NCBI GenBank assembly: GCA_963845565.1
Contig: CAWJSJ010000001.1
Location: 1,018,064-1,082,063, forward strand
Direction: 5' to 3'
DNA: 64,000 bases
Source: an uncultured Methylomirabilota bacterium
GTDB lineage: Bacteria > Methylomirabilota > Methylomirabilia > Methylomirabilales > 2-02-FULL-66-22
Position numbers and translations under genes: made by a program. The notes under the pieces are model-generated. The model was not told the origin of the DNA. It saw nothing but the letters and a program-made list of their open reading frames with translations, and did not search any database. Of the stretch, positions 30,585 through 40,380 are shown piece after piece; the first letter of the stretch is position 1, and each line of letters starts with the position of its first letter.

Positions 30585-31292
30585 CTACGAGGCGCGTTTC
30601 AAACGGAACGTCTCGTCGTAGGCCTCCAGCGGGGAAAAGGCGATGGGCGCGCCCTCGAAGGCCGTTCGCAACCGCGCGCTCCAGGCATCCAGGTAGGCAC
30701 TCCGCTCCGCGTCGGTGGCGCGCGCCACGCCCCAGCCGAGGAACGGCGGCAGGACGCTGAACCCTGTGAAGAACAGCATCCCGTGCTGGATGGGGAAGAG
30801 GATCTGGTGGATGTCCCCATTCAACCCATCCGGTCCGTAGATGGCGGCCGGCCCACCGGTGGTCAGGCACAGCAGCGCACGCTTTCCGGCGAAAGGGCCC
30901 TGGTTGTACCATCGCCCGCCGCCGTAGGCGAACCCCATGGCGAAGACCCGGTCCACCCAGCCCTTCAAGATCGCCGGAAGCCCGAACCACCACAGGGGAA
31001 AATGCAGGACCAGCAGGTCACACCAGCGGAGCTTCTCCATCTCCGCCGCGAGATCCGGGGCGAACCCCGCCGTTTCGACGGCATGCAACTCCTCGATCTG
31101 CTGCTTGAAGTGCGCCGGGTCCTTCCGGCCTGTGAAGTTCCGCCGGTCCGACACCGGGTCGAACCGCATGGCGTACAGGTCCGATACGCGCACCTCGTGG
31201 CCGCCGGCGTGCAGCGTCTCGACGCTCCGGCGGAGGAGCGCTCCGTTGAAGCTCTGCGTTTCGGGATGCGCATGGACGAGGAAGACGTGCAT
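30585..31292 (-). CDS. NAD(P)H:quinone oxidoreductase, flavodoxin-like (NQO/KefF family)
   Basis: VHAHPE..SFN, SDLYAMRF, FPLWWFGLPAILKGWVDRV, TTGG. Confidence 0.93.
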   Translation of the reverse strand: MHVFLVHAHPETQSFNGALLRRSVETLHAGGHEVRVSDLYAMRFDPVSDRRNFTGRKDPAHFKQQIEELHAVETAGFAPDLAAEMEKLRWCDLLVLHFPLWWFGLPAILKGWVDRVFAMGFAYGGGRWYNQGPFAGKRALLCLTTGGPAAIYGPDGLNGDIHQILFPIQHGMLFFTGFSVLPPFLGWGVARATDAERSAYLDAWSARLRTAFEGAPIAFSPLEAYDETFRLKRAS

Positions 31293-31330
31293 AGGCACCT
31301 CTCGGTCGGCCTTCCGCTGCCGATCCCTTG

Positions 31331-32098
31331 TCAGGCGAGTCGCTGCCGGACCTTGCTCCACGACGGGGTGATCAGGAAGCTCTCCGGCATGTCGTCCACC
31401 ATCTGCCGGAACTTCGCGATGGGAACGGCGAAGGACAGGACGTCTCGCGGAACGAAGGGCCGCGCCGAGACGTCGAACATCCCCAGCACGGCGCGCGGAC
31501 GCTCCCGCCCGCCCTCGAGATAGGGGTGCTGGACGATCGACCCGCACCCGGCCGAGAACGGCGCGATCACCCCGTGCAGCTCCGCCTCGCCGTAGTTCGC
31601 CAGCGTAAACAGCCCGGAGAGCACTTCCGCTCGTGCGAAGAAGATCACCACCTCGGGGGTATCCTGCGCCTCCAGCCCATCCCAGCGCTTGAAGACGAGG
31701 TACCGCGCCGGGGCCGTGAAGCGCGGCGAGCCGTCCACGAACGCCCGCACCAGTTCCGGCGACTTCTTGTAGCGCTCCCCCTCCACCCTGCCCGGGATGC
31801 CGCAGGACAGGAAATAGTCAAACGTCGGAGAGATGGCCTGGGTGAAGCCAAAGTACCGTTTGCCGCCCCAGCATCCGACGGACTCCCCATCGAATCGCCG
31901 GGGGTGACCATGGCGCACCTCGGCCAGCGCCCCGATCACGCAGCAATGCCCCGTCGGGGCGTCGGCCGGCGGTGCGGCGTCTTCCCGGTCGGTGTAGTAG
32001 CAGGCCATCGGCAGTTCCGCCTCGCCGAAGTACTGCCGCCATCGCGCCACGAATCGTTCCTGGAGCTCCCCGTCCATGGGCCGCCCCCTTTCGGTCAT
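31331..32098 (-). CDS. DUF169-domain protein
   Basis: HCCV, GCWGGKRYFG, GERYKKSPE, PFSAGCGS, GMFDVSAR; alternative start 32077. Confidence 0.75.
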   Translation of the reverse strand: MTERGRPMDGELQERFVARWRQYFGEAELPMACYYTDREDAAPPADAPTGHCCVIGALAEVRHGHPRRFDGESVGCWGGKRYFGFTQAISPTFDYFLSCGIPGRVEGERYKKSPELVRAFVDGSPRFTAPARYLVFKRWDGLEAQDTPEVVIFFARAEVLSGLFTLANYGEAELHGVIAPFSAGCGSIVQHPYLEGGRERPRAVLGMFDVSARPFVPRDVLSFAVPIAKFRQMVDDMPESFLITPSWSKVRQRLA

Positions 32099-33732
32099 TT
32101 ATACTGCGAGCACGCCAGCTCCTTGCATGTCAGGAATTCCAGCAACACCGGAATTCCTTCCTGCGTCTTCTGGATTCCGCGGCGGATCGCCGGAACGATC
32201 CCCCCCGGCTCTGTCACCCGCTCCCCGTACCCCCCGAACGCCTTGGCCATGTCGGCGTAGTTCCCCGAGATGTCGGTGCTGCGATATTTTTCCGTCGCGA
32301 CCTTCATGACCGGCAGTTCCATGGCCATCGAGAAGTTGTTGAGCAGGATGGACAGGATGGGAATCCGCTCCCGGACCGCCGTCTCGAAATCCATGCCGGT
32401 CATCCCGATGGCCGCATCGCCCCACACGTTGATGCAGAGCTTGTCCGGGTGGGCGAGCTTGGCGCCCATGGCCAGGCCCAAGCCGTAGCCGAGCTGCGTG
32501 CTCTTGCCCCACCCGATATACGAGAGCGGGGTGACCGCCTTCCAGAACGGCGAGAGCTGGTCGCGGGGACTCCCGGCGTCGTGGGTGATGATCGTGTTGG
32601 CGACGTCCACCGTGTGGAGCAGATCCCAGATCACTCGGTAGGGAGAGAAGCGGGCATCGCCGGCGGTGAGCTTCGGCATCCACTCCGCCAGCCATTCCCC
32701 CTGGACGGTGCGGATCTCCGCCGCCACGCCCGCCGCCCGCCCGCGCGGCGTCCCGCGCAGCCGGTCCGTCACCTCCGCCGTCAGGAGGTCCAGCGTGAGC
32801 CCCGCGTCGCCGATCAGCGCGTGCTGCGCGACGACGTTCTTGTTAAGGTCGGACGGATCCAGGGTCGCATGAATGATCGTCTTCCCCTTGGGCATGGGGG
32901 TGGCGAAGTTGCTGGTCGTGAAGCTGCAGCCGATCCCGAAGATCACGTCGGCGTTCTGCAAGAAGTGGAAGACACCCTTCGGGATGGAGCGGCCGGCCGA
33001 CCCGACCGACAGCGGGTGCGTCTCGGGAAACGCGCTCTTCCCCGCCAGGCTGGTCACGACGGGTGCCTCCAGCAGCTCCGCCAGCGCCCGCAGCCGATCC
33101 CACGCCTCCGCATAATGAACCCCCTGGCCCGCGTAGATGACGGGTCGCGTCGCCCCGACGAGCGCGTCCGCCGCCGCGCGCACCGCCGCCGGATCCGGCG
33201 CCGAGCGCGTGTGGAACGTCGGCTGGTAGCTCAGCGGCTCGGCGACCTCCTCGGGGAAGACGTCCACCGGGATCTCGACGACGGCGGGTCGGGGCCGGCC
33301 GGTCCGGACCTGGCTGAAGGCCCGCCGCATCACGTCCCCCGTCGCATCCGCGCAGGTCAGCTGCTCGATCCACTTGGTGATGTGCTGGTAGTTGAGGAAC
33401 GCGTTGAAGAACGGGTCGAAGTTGTTCAGCCGTCGCGGGTATCCCGCGGCCAGAACGATGATCGGCACCGACTCGCTGTAGGCCTGCGCGATTCCACCAA
33501 AGGCGTTCTCGGCGCCCGGCCCGTGCTGCAGGGCAAACACGCCGATCTTCTTCCCCGAGGACAACCGGCTCACCGCGTCGGCCATGTGCAGCCCCACCCG
33601 CTCTTGCCGGACGATGATGGTCCGGACGTCCGCCGCGGCGGCGGCCTCGATCACCGGATTGACCGGGTACCCGATCAGGAATTCTACGCCTTCCCGCTTC
33701 AGAATCTCCGCAATGGCGGCGGCAACCTTCAT
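32095..33732 (-). CDS. Thiamine pyrophosphate-requiring enzyme (acetolactate synthase-like superfamily)
   Basis: VRQERVGLHMADA, HGPGAEN, GDAAIGM...LLNN TPP-binding motif. Confidence 0.9.
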   Translation of the reverse strand: MKVAAAIAEILKREGVEFLIGYPVNPVIEAAAAADVRTIIVRQERVGLHMADAVSRLSSGKKIGVFALQHGPGAENAFGGIAQAYSESVPIIVLAAGYPRRLNNFDPFFNAFLNYQHITKWIEQLTCADATGDVMRRAFSQVRTGRPRPAVVEIPVDVFPEEVAEPLSYQPTFHTRSAPDPAAVRAAADALVGATRPVIYAGQGVHYAEAWDRLRALAELLEAPVVTSLAGKSAFPETHPLSVGSAGRSIPKGVFHFLQNADVIFGIGCSFTTSNFATPMPKGKTIIHATLDPSDLNKNVVAQHALIGDAGLTLDLLTAEVTDRLRGTPRGRAAGVAAEIRTVQGEWLAEWMPKLTAGDARFSPYRVIWDLLHTVDVANTIITHDAGSPRDQLSPFWKAVTPLSYIGWGKSTQLGYGLGLAMGAKLAHPDKLCINVWGDAAIGMTGMDFETAVRERIPILSILLNNFSMAMELPVMKVATEKYRSTDISGNYADMAKAFGGYGERVTEPGGIVPAIRRGIQKTQEGIPVLLEFLTCKELACSQYK

Positions 33733-33811
33733 GGGAATCCTCCTTGGGCTGGGACGTGAGCAGGATGGAACGTACGAGGACGAGCGCGAACCGAATGCCA
33801 GGCGATCGAAC

Positions 33812-34513
33812 TCAGATCCCCAGGTAGCGTTGCTTGACCTCAGCATTCCGGGCCAATTCTTCGGCGGGCCCCGCATACACGACGTGGCCGTTCTCCAGGA
33901 TATAGGCGCGTTGGGACACGCTCAGGGCCAGCGTCGAGTTCTGTTCCACCAAGAGAATCGTCTCGCCCTTCTCCTTGAGTTCCTTGATGATCTTCATCAC
34001 CTCCATCACCATGATGGGCGCCAGTCCTTCGGTGGGTTCGTCCAAGAGGATAAGATCCGGGCTTCCCATCAACGTGCGGGCAATGGTCAGCATCTGCTGC
34101 TCGCCGCCGCTGAGCACCTCGCCCTTGCGCCCCTCGATCTCTCGCAGCTTCGGGAAGTGCTGGTAGATTTGATCCAGGGTCCAATCGTCTGCCCCCCTTC
34201 CGCCACCCTTCCGCGCGATCTCAAGGTTCTGCTTCACCGTTAAGGTGGGAAAGATCCGCCGGTTGTCGGGCACGAATCCCACACCGCGGTTGGCAATGGT
34301 GTACGGGGGCAGACCGGCGATGTTCTCCTCTTTGAACATCACCCGGCCCGCACGGGGAGGGGTCAACCCCATGATGGATCGGATGGTCGTGGTCTTGCCC
34401 GCCCCATTGCGCCCCAGGAGCGCCACCACTTCTCCCTCGCGGATCTCCAGGGAGACATCGAAGAGCACCTGGGCGTCTCCGTAGAACGAATTGATCTTCT
34501 CCACTGCGAGCAT
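33812..34513 (-). CDS. livF: Branched-chain amino acid-type ABC ATPase (LivF-like)
   Basis: GRNGAGKTT, LSGGEQQML, LDEPTEGLAP, VEQN. Confidence 0.9.
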   Translation of the reverse strand: MLAVEKINSFYGDAQVLFDVSLEIREGEVVALLGRNGAGKTTTIRSIMGLTPPRAGRVMFKEENIAGLPPYTIANRGVGFVPDNRRIFPTLTVKQNLEIARKGGGRGADDWTLDQIYQHFPKLREIEGRKGEVLSGGEQQMLTIARTLMGSPDLILLDEPTEGLAPIMVMEVMKIIKELKEKGETILLVEQNSTLALSVSQRAYILENGHVVYAGPAEELARNAEVKQRYLGI

Positions 34514-34565
34514 CGCGTGTACCCTCCGCGGCATCCAGACTGCCGGAGCCGCTGCGCGGTTGAGG

Positions 34566-34725
34566 CTAGCAGGCTGCTGAAAAACCCGCTTTCGCCCAGG
34601 CTGCTCAAAAGGGCCTAGATGCAAGGCGGCACGCGCAAGGCCGAGTGAGGCGTACTACAGGTACGCCGCAGCGAGCGCCTAAGCGGGCCAACGCAGCAGA
34701 TGGGGCCCTTTTCAGCAGCCTGCTG
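34566..34725. repeat. MITE-like repeat family B, copy 1
   Basis: TIR GCAGGCTGCTGAAAA...TTTTCAGCAGCCTGC with duplicated inner left end; core AGATGCAAGGCGG...GGCGTAC..GTACGCCGCAGCGAG...GCAGATGGG. Confidence 0.85.
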
Positions 34726-35473
34726 CCGAAACGTGCTGTCCGCCCAGATACGCCTCCTGAACCTGGACGTTCGCCCGAATCTCGTCGGGCGTGCCCTGAG
34801 CCAGCAGGCGTCCCTGATGCATCACCACGATGTGGTCCGAAATGGACAGCACCACATCCATGGCATGCTCCACCAGCAGGAGGGTGAGCCGGCTCGCGAG
34901 CTGCTTTATGAAGGCGGCGATCCGCGCGCGGTCCTCGGACATCAATCCGCTCATGGGCTCGTCGAGAAGCAGGAGCGACGGCTTGGCTGTCAAGGCCACC
35001 GTGATCTCCAGGATCCGTCGGTCGCCGTACGAGAGTCCCTTGACCGGCGTGTTTTCTTTGCCGGCGAGGCCGATTTCTTCGATGATCCGGTCCGTTTCCT
35101 CTTTCACCGCAGACAGGGCGAGCGCATCGGTGAACACCTCGGGGCCGTGTCCCTGCTGCGCTTGGACCCCCAGCCAGACGTTTTCGTACAGCGGCAACTC
35201 ATTGAACAAATTGATGATCTGGAACGAGCGGGAGATGCCGCGTCGGACGACCTGATACACCGGGAGGCCGGTGATCTCTTGCCCGCGAAACACCACCCGT
35301 CCGGCGTCGGGTCGAATCATGCCCGTGATCAGGTTGAACAGAGTCGTCTTCCCCGCGCCGTTCGGGCCGATGACCGAGGTGAGCTTGCCCTCCTCGATCG
35401 CCAGGTTGAGCGAATCCGTGGCCCGGAGCCCCCCGAAGTTCTTCGTGAGTCCCTCTGTCGCCAGAATCACCAT
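34712..35473 (-). CDS. livG: Branched-chain amino acid-type ABC ATPase (LivG-like)
   Basis: GPNGAGKTTLFN, LSYGD, LDEP, VEH, AYLG; stop codon lies inside repeat B. Confidence 0.9.
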   Translation of the reverse strand: MVILATEGLTKNFGGLRATDSLNLAIEEGKLTSVIGPNGAGKTTLFNLITGMIRPDAGRVVFRGQEITGLPVYQVVRRGISRSFQIINLFNELPLYENVWLGVQAQQGHGPEVFTDALALSAVKEETDRIIEEIGLAGKENTPVKGLSYGDRRILEITVALTAKPSLLLLDEPMSGLMSEDRARIAAFIKQLASRLTLLLVEHAMDVVLSISDHIVVMHQGRLLAQGTPDEIRANVQVQEAYLGGQHVSAAGC

Positions 35474-35488
35474 GAGTCGTTCCTCTCG

Positions 35489-36463
35489 CTATCGCAGGAT
35501 CGTCTGCTTCCTGCCGCCGATCAGCCCCAGAATCCCGCTGGGGATGAAGAGGATCACCAGGACGAATATCATGCCGTAGACCAGCATCCAGGACTCCCAG
35601 TATGCGCTCAGCAGATCGCGCGACACGATGAAGATAGCCGCGCCCAGGATGGGGCCGAAGAAATTCACGGTCCCTCCGCCCAGGAGGGTCATCATCACCA
35701 CGTTGCCGGACTGCGTCCAGTCGAGGACGCCGGCGAAGGCCGCGTTGATCAGCAGCGTGTACAGGCCGCCCGCCAGCCCCGAAAACAGGCCGGAAATGGC
35801 GAAGGCGCCCCATTTGTAGGCCGCGGTGCGGTAGCCGAGATAGCTGGCTCGGACTTCGTTCTCGCGGATGGCCTGGAGGACCTTGCCGAACGGGGAATGC
35901 ACGATCCGCCAGATCAGGAGGGTGCAGAGCGCAAAGACCACCAGGACGAAGTAGTAATAGGCTAGGGGCCCCGCCAGCTTGATCTGGAGGAGCCCAGGAA
36001 GTCCAACATCCATCCGATCGATGCCCGACAGGCCGGTCTCGCCGCCGGTGAACTCATCCCAGCGGAAGGCGATGAAGTAGAACACCTGACTGACGGCGAT
36101 GGTGATGAGGGCGAAGTAGATTCCCCGCTTTCTCGCCACCAGAAAGCCGATCAGCGCCGCGAACACTCCCGCGACGACGACGGAGAGCAGCAGAGGCCCC
36201 CAGACACCCTTCGAGATGCGAAGGAAGTAGATCCCCGCGGCGTAGGCGCCGATCCCGAAGAACGCGCCGTGCCCGAACGAGGGAAGGCCGGTATAGCCCA
36301 AGAGGATGTTGAACCCCAAGGCGAACAGCGACCAGATGAGCACCTCGGTTCCCAGGGACAGGTACTTCCCGATGAAGGGCATATACGGAAACAACGCGAA
36401 GAGCAGGAATACCCCCCACATCGGGCCAGTGGCCCATCCTTTCCGTTTGGTACCCGAACCCAT
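35489..36463 (-). CDS. livM: Branched-chain amino acid-type ABC permease (LivM-like)
   Basis: GYTGLPSFGHGAFFGIGAY, TGGETG, SPFGKVLQAIRENE. Confidence 0.9.
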   Translation of the reverse strand: MGSGTKRKGWATGPMWGVFLLFALFPYMPFIGKYLSLGTEVLIWSLFALGFNILLGYTGLPSFGHGAFFGIGAYAAGIYFLRISKGVWGPLLLSVVVAGVFAALIGFLVARKRGIYFALITIAVSQVFYFIAFRWDEFTGGETGLSGIDRMDVGLPGLLQIKLAGPLAYYYFVLVVFALCTLLIWRIVHSPFGKVLQAIRENEVRASYLGYRTAAYKWGAFAISGLFSGLAGGLYTLLINAAFAGVLDWTQSGNVVMMTLLGGGTVNFFGPILGAAIFIVSRDLLSAYWESWMLVYGMIFVLVILFIPSGILGLIGGRKQTILR

Positions 36464-36464
36464 C

Positions 36465-37334
36465 TCACACCTCCAAGATGCTCTTCTCGCCCATCAGGCC
36501 CCGAGGGCGGAACAGGAGGACACAAATCAGGATGACGAAGGGGATGATATCCGAGATTCGAGCCCAGAACATGACCGAGATGCTGGTGGACAGACCGACG
36601 ATCAGGCCGGCCAGGATGCTGCCCCAGAAGCTCCCGATCCCGCCCAGCACCACGATGATCATCGCCGGCATGAGGATGGCCGTGCCCATGGTCGGCCGCA
36701 CGCTCCAGATGGGCGCCGCGATCACACCCGCCACCCCCGCGAGGATGGAGCCGATCACGAAGACGAAGCTCCGCATCCGCGGCAGGTTCTTGCCCAGGGC
36801 CATCACCATCTCTGCGTCGCTGGCCCCCGCCTTGATGATCGCCCCGTACGGCGTCTTCTCCAGGAAGAGCCAGACCAGCAAGATGACCACAAGGGCCAGG
36901 ACGGCGAGGATGAGGCGGTACTTGGAGTAGATCATGAAGCCGAGGTCGAGGGAGCCGGCCGCGAATTTTGGGGCCGCCACGGAGTAGCCCGTCTTGCCCC
37001 AGACCATCCGGATGACCTCTTCCAGGGCGGTGGCCAGCCCAAAGGTGAGGAGCAGGCCGAAGAGGGGGTTTCCGCCGTACGTGCGATGGATCACGAGACG
37101 CTCGAGGATCAGCCCCACCACCCCGACGAGGAGGGGCGCCAGGAGCAGGGCAAACCAGAAGCCGACGTACCGCTGCATGGAGAAGGCGAAGTACGCCCCC
37201 AGGGCGAAGAGAATGCCGTGGGTGAAGTTGATCACCTGCATCACGCCCAGGATCAGGGTGAAGCCCAACGCCACCAAGGCGAAGAGCAGCCCCAGGACCA
37301 GGCCGTTCATGGTAAAGGAGAGAAGCTCTGTCAT
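36465..37334 (-). CDS. livH: Branched-chain amino acid-type ABC permease (LivH-like)
   Basis: NGLVLGLLFALVALGFTLILG..INFTHG, VVLGGIGS. Confidence 0.9.
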   Translation of the reverse strand: MTELLSFTMNGLVLGLLFALVALGFTLILGVMQVINFTHGILFALGAYFAFSMQRYVGFWFALLLAPLLVGVVGLILERLVIHRTYGGNPLFGLLLTFGLATALEEVIRMVWGKTGYSVAAPKFAAGSLDLGFMIYSKYRLILAVLALVVILLVWLFLEKTPYGAIIKAGASDAEMVMALGKNLPRMRSFVFVIGSILAGVAGVIAAPIWSVRPTMGTAILMPAMIIVVLGGIGSFWGSILAGLIVGLSTSISVMFWARISDIIPFVILICVLLFRPRGLMGEKSILEV

Positions 37335-37481
37335 GACACCCTCTCTTGAGACACACGAGGCGTGCGTTCCTGGATCGGCCCCGCATACCCCGACGGCGGG
37401 CAGGGGCCACGCACGGGTTCGACCGGACAACAAGCAGCGGCGAAGAGGGAACCCCCCTCTTCGCCGCGCGGCGCTTGGCGT

Positions 37482-38750
37482 CTAGCTGGAATAGGGTCCC
37501 AGGTTGACCGGGTTCTCTTCGCGGGTGCGGGCCGTGTCCTTGCCCGGGGCCCAGCGCAGAATCTCCACGAAGTCCGCCCGGTCCTTCATCTCGTTGGGTT
37601 TCTTGGACCGGACCACATAGGACGCCCAGAGGAACTTGTGGTCCCAGTCCCGGATGGTGAGCGGGTCGTTCTTGAGGGAATCTGGTGAGGTGTGCCCTTC
37701 CAGGGCCTTGATCACCGCCACCACGTCGTCCTTGCCGGCGCGTTCGATGCCGCGCAAGAGTTCCCGCACCCCGATGTAGCCGTTGACCGTGTTGGCCGTC
37801 GGAACGGGGATCGGGGCAGACGGCCAGCGCTTCTTGTATTGAGCCAGGAACTCCTTCACACCAGGGGCGTTGATCTCGTGGTACCACTCCATCAGATGGA
37901 TGCCCTGCATCTTGTCGGGGCCGACAGCCCAGAGGTCTTCCAGATTGATGAGAGTCGAGACAACGGTGATCTCTTTGTAGATGCCGAACTCGTACATCTG
38001 CTCCATGAGGGCGGCGAGGTCGATGCCCCCCACGGTGATCACCAACGCGTCCGGCTTGGCCGCCCGCGCCTTCAGGAGGAAAGCGCTGAAGTCGCGGGTG
38101 TTCATCGGGATCTTCGACTCGCCCAGGTCCGTCCCGCCGAACTTCTGCAGGATGTTCCGCGCCCACTTGGTGCCGGACCAGCCCCACTCGTAATCGTGGG
38201 TGAGGAAGTACCACTTCTTGCCGACTTTCTCCACCAGGTAGGGGGCCAGGGTCCGGAGCGCCATGGCCATGTCTGGGGGCACCATGAAGACGCTGCGCCT
38301 GGCGTACTGCGCCGTCAGCGTGTCGGAGTTTTGATTGGAGGCGATGTAAAGCGCCCCGTAGCGCTGGGCGACCTCGCCCACGGAGACGGCGACCGAACTG
38401 GAAACGCCGCCGATCAGATACTTGATCTTGTCCACCTCGATCAGTCGGCGCGCTTTCCGGGCGCCCACCTGCGGGTCCGTCTCATCGTCTTCCACCACCA
38501 GCTTGACCGGCCGGCCCAGGAGGCCTTTCTCTTTGAACTCCTCGGCCGCCATCTGCATCCCGAGCCGCTCCATCATCCCGTGGTCCGCATAGTTGCCGCT
38601 GGCCGGGCTGACCACGCCGACATAGATCGGATCCGCGGCCGATGCCCGCCGGATGATGAAGGGCGCCCCCTGCCCGAGCAGGGCCGCGCCAACCGCCGCG
38701 CCTTTCATGAAGGTCCGCCTCGACATGTGCGTGCCCGATTTGCGTTTCAT
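37482..38750 (-). CDS. Liv-type ABC substrate-binding protein with Tat signal
   Basis: SRRTFMKGA twin-arginine motif, GLLGRPVKLVVEDD, DYEWG, DFSAFL. Confidence 0.9.
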   Translation of the reverse strand: MKRKSGTHMSRRTFMKGAAVGAALLGQGAPFIIRRASAADPIYVGVVSPASGNYADHGMMERLGMQMAAEEFKEKGLLGRPVKLVVEDDETDPQVGARKARRLIEVDKIKYLIGGVSSSVAVSVGEVAQRYGALYIASNQNSDTLTAQYARRSVFMVPPDMAMALRTLAPYLVEKVGKKWYFLTHDYEWGWSGTKWARNILQKFGGTDLGESKIPMNTRDFSAFLLKARAAKPDALVITVGGIDLAALMEQMYEFGIYKEITVVSTLINLEDLWAVGPDKMQGIHLMEWYHEINAPGVKEFLAQYKKRWPSAPIPVPTANTVNGYIGVRELLRGIERAGKDDVVAVIKALEGHTSPDSLKNDPLTIRDWDHKFLWASYVVRSKKPNEMKDRADFVEILRWAPGKDTARTREENPVNLGPYSS

Positions 38751-38822
38751 TGGGTGCTCCTCCCGCCGCAAAATGGTTGACGAACAATCGAGCCGAGTGC
38801 TCACCACCTCCCAGGCGGCGCC

Positions 38823-38850
38823 ATCATATTCAAATGCGCGTTCCTGTCAA
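38823..38850 (-). promoter_or_regulatory. Putative sigma70 promoter of the Liv-type operon
   Basis: Minus TTGACA-N16-TATGAT. Confidence 0.6.
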
Positions 38851-38922
38851 CCCACACCGGACGATTGTTCGGTCAACGGGGCACGGACTGGCGCGGCGCG
38901 GCGCCGATGGCCCCCGTGGCGG

Positions 38923-40186
38923 TCAGAGGTCAGTGCCGGCGGAGTCCGCGTCGAAGAGGCCCGGGTACAGACGGCGGGCGCACTCCGGACAGGTTCCGTG
39001 GGTGAACTTGGCGTCGGACCGCTTCGCGATGTAGGTCTCCACCTGATCCCAGTACCCCTGGTCGTTCCGGATGCGTTTGCAGGAGGCGCAGATGGGCAGG
39101 AGCCCCGTGAGGGTCTTCACGTTCGCGAGCGCGACCTGCAACTCGCGGAGAAGTCGCTCCCGCTCCTGGGCCAGGCGCGATCGCTCCGCGATGTCCGTCT
39201 GGAGGGCCGTGTTGGCCCGCACCAGATCGGCCGTCCGCTCGCGCACCCGCTGCTCCAGTTCGTCCCGCGATTGCCGGAGGTCGCGGACCGAGCCGCGATG
39301 CTCGGCGACCAGAGCCGTCATGGCCAACCCGGTCACCGCGGTGACGTTGATGAAGCTCTGCAAGAGGAGGAGCGCCTCGTGGACCGTCTCGCCCCGAAAC
39401 GGCCCGACGCCTCTGATGGTCCCCCACACGGCCAAGCCGGCCGCCACGGCCATCACCACGGTGGTCTCCCACTGGGAGAAGCGGAAGGCGCTCCAGACGA
39501 GCAGCGGAACGATCAGGTAGGGCAGCGGCTGGGCCAGCGTGTCCCGGATCCAGCCGCCGAAGACGATCTGACACACCACGACGAGCCCCAGCGCCAGGGC
39601 CCCGGCTTCTGCGATGCGACCCGGCGTCCAGCGCAGGTCCGTGGGGCGGTTCCAGGTCAACAGGAGCGGCGCCACCAGGACCACGCCGCCCACGTCGCCA
39701 AGCCACCACGTCCACCAGTGATCGAAGCAGGCCCCGGCTGGCACCAGCCCTGCAAGGCAGAGCGGCGCCACGCCGACGGTGGCGCCGACGGCGGAGCTCA
39801 CCCACCCGGCGAGCGCCCAGAACTTCACGGCATCCCACCCGCGCTCCAAGCGGATCCGCGCCCCCGATGGCGCGCCGGACCAGCCACGCCGCCAGGAGGG
39901 GTTCCAGGGTGTTCCCGCCGCCGATGGTCGCGGCCACCCACAGCGGGTTGCCGCTGCCGAGCGCCACCGCCGTCGCCGCCAGCCAGATCCCCGGCGAGAC
40001 GATCCAGCCGAGCCGCAGGACCGCGGCCACCGCGATCCCTGAAGCCGGCCAGATGGGCGTGACGTCCGCCGGCGGGATGGCGAACAGCAACCCCGCACGG
40101 GAGACCAGGTAATACCCAACCGTCACCACAGCAATCTGGGCGGCGACCGACCACGTCCTGTGTTTCGTTGGCACGGGTCCCTGCAC
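38923..40186 (-). CDS. MASE1 membrane-sensor protein with C-terminal Cys-rich domain, one frameshift near 39850
   Basis: PIWPASGIA, GNTLE, TWWLGDVGG (MASE1); C-terminal LTGLLPICASCKRIR...YW..VETY...FTHGTCPEC. One extra base at CCGCTTGGAG splits the frames. Confidence 0.8.
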
Positions 40187-40380
40187 TTTCCGACGCGACT
40201 CCGCGCTCAGCAGACGCCTGGCACGTCGCGGGCGTGTTGTGTTCCGCCAAGATTGACCGAGGTCGAACCGGAGGCTATCGAATTCGTCTAGGAGTTGTCA
40301 AGCAATTGGCCGGAGGACCTGGAATCCGGCGGGCTCGCTGGACGCGGCCTGCGGAGTCCCGCGGCCGCGCACGGGCGGGC

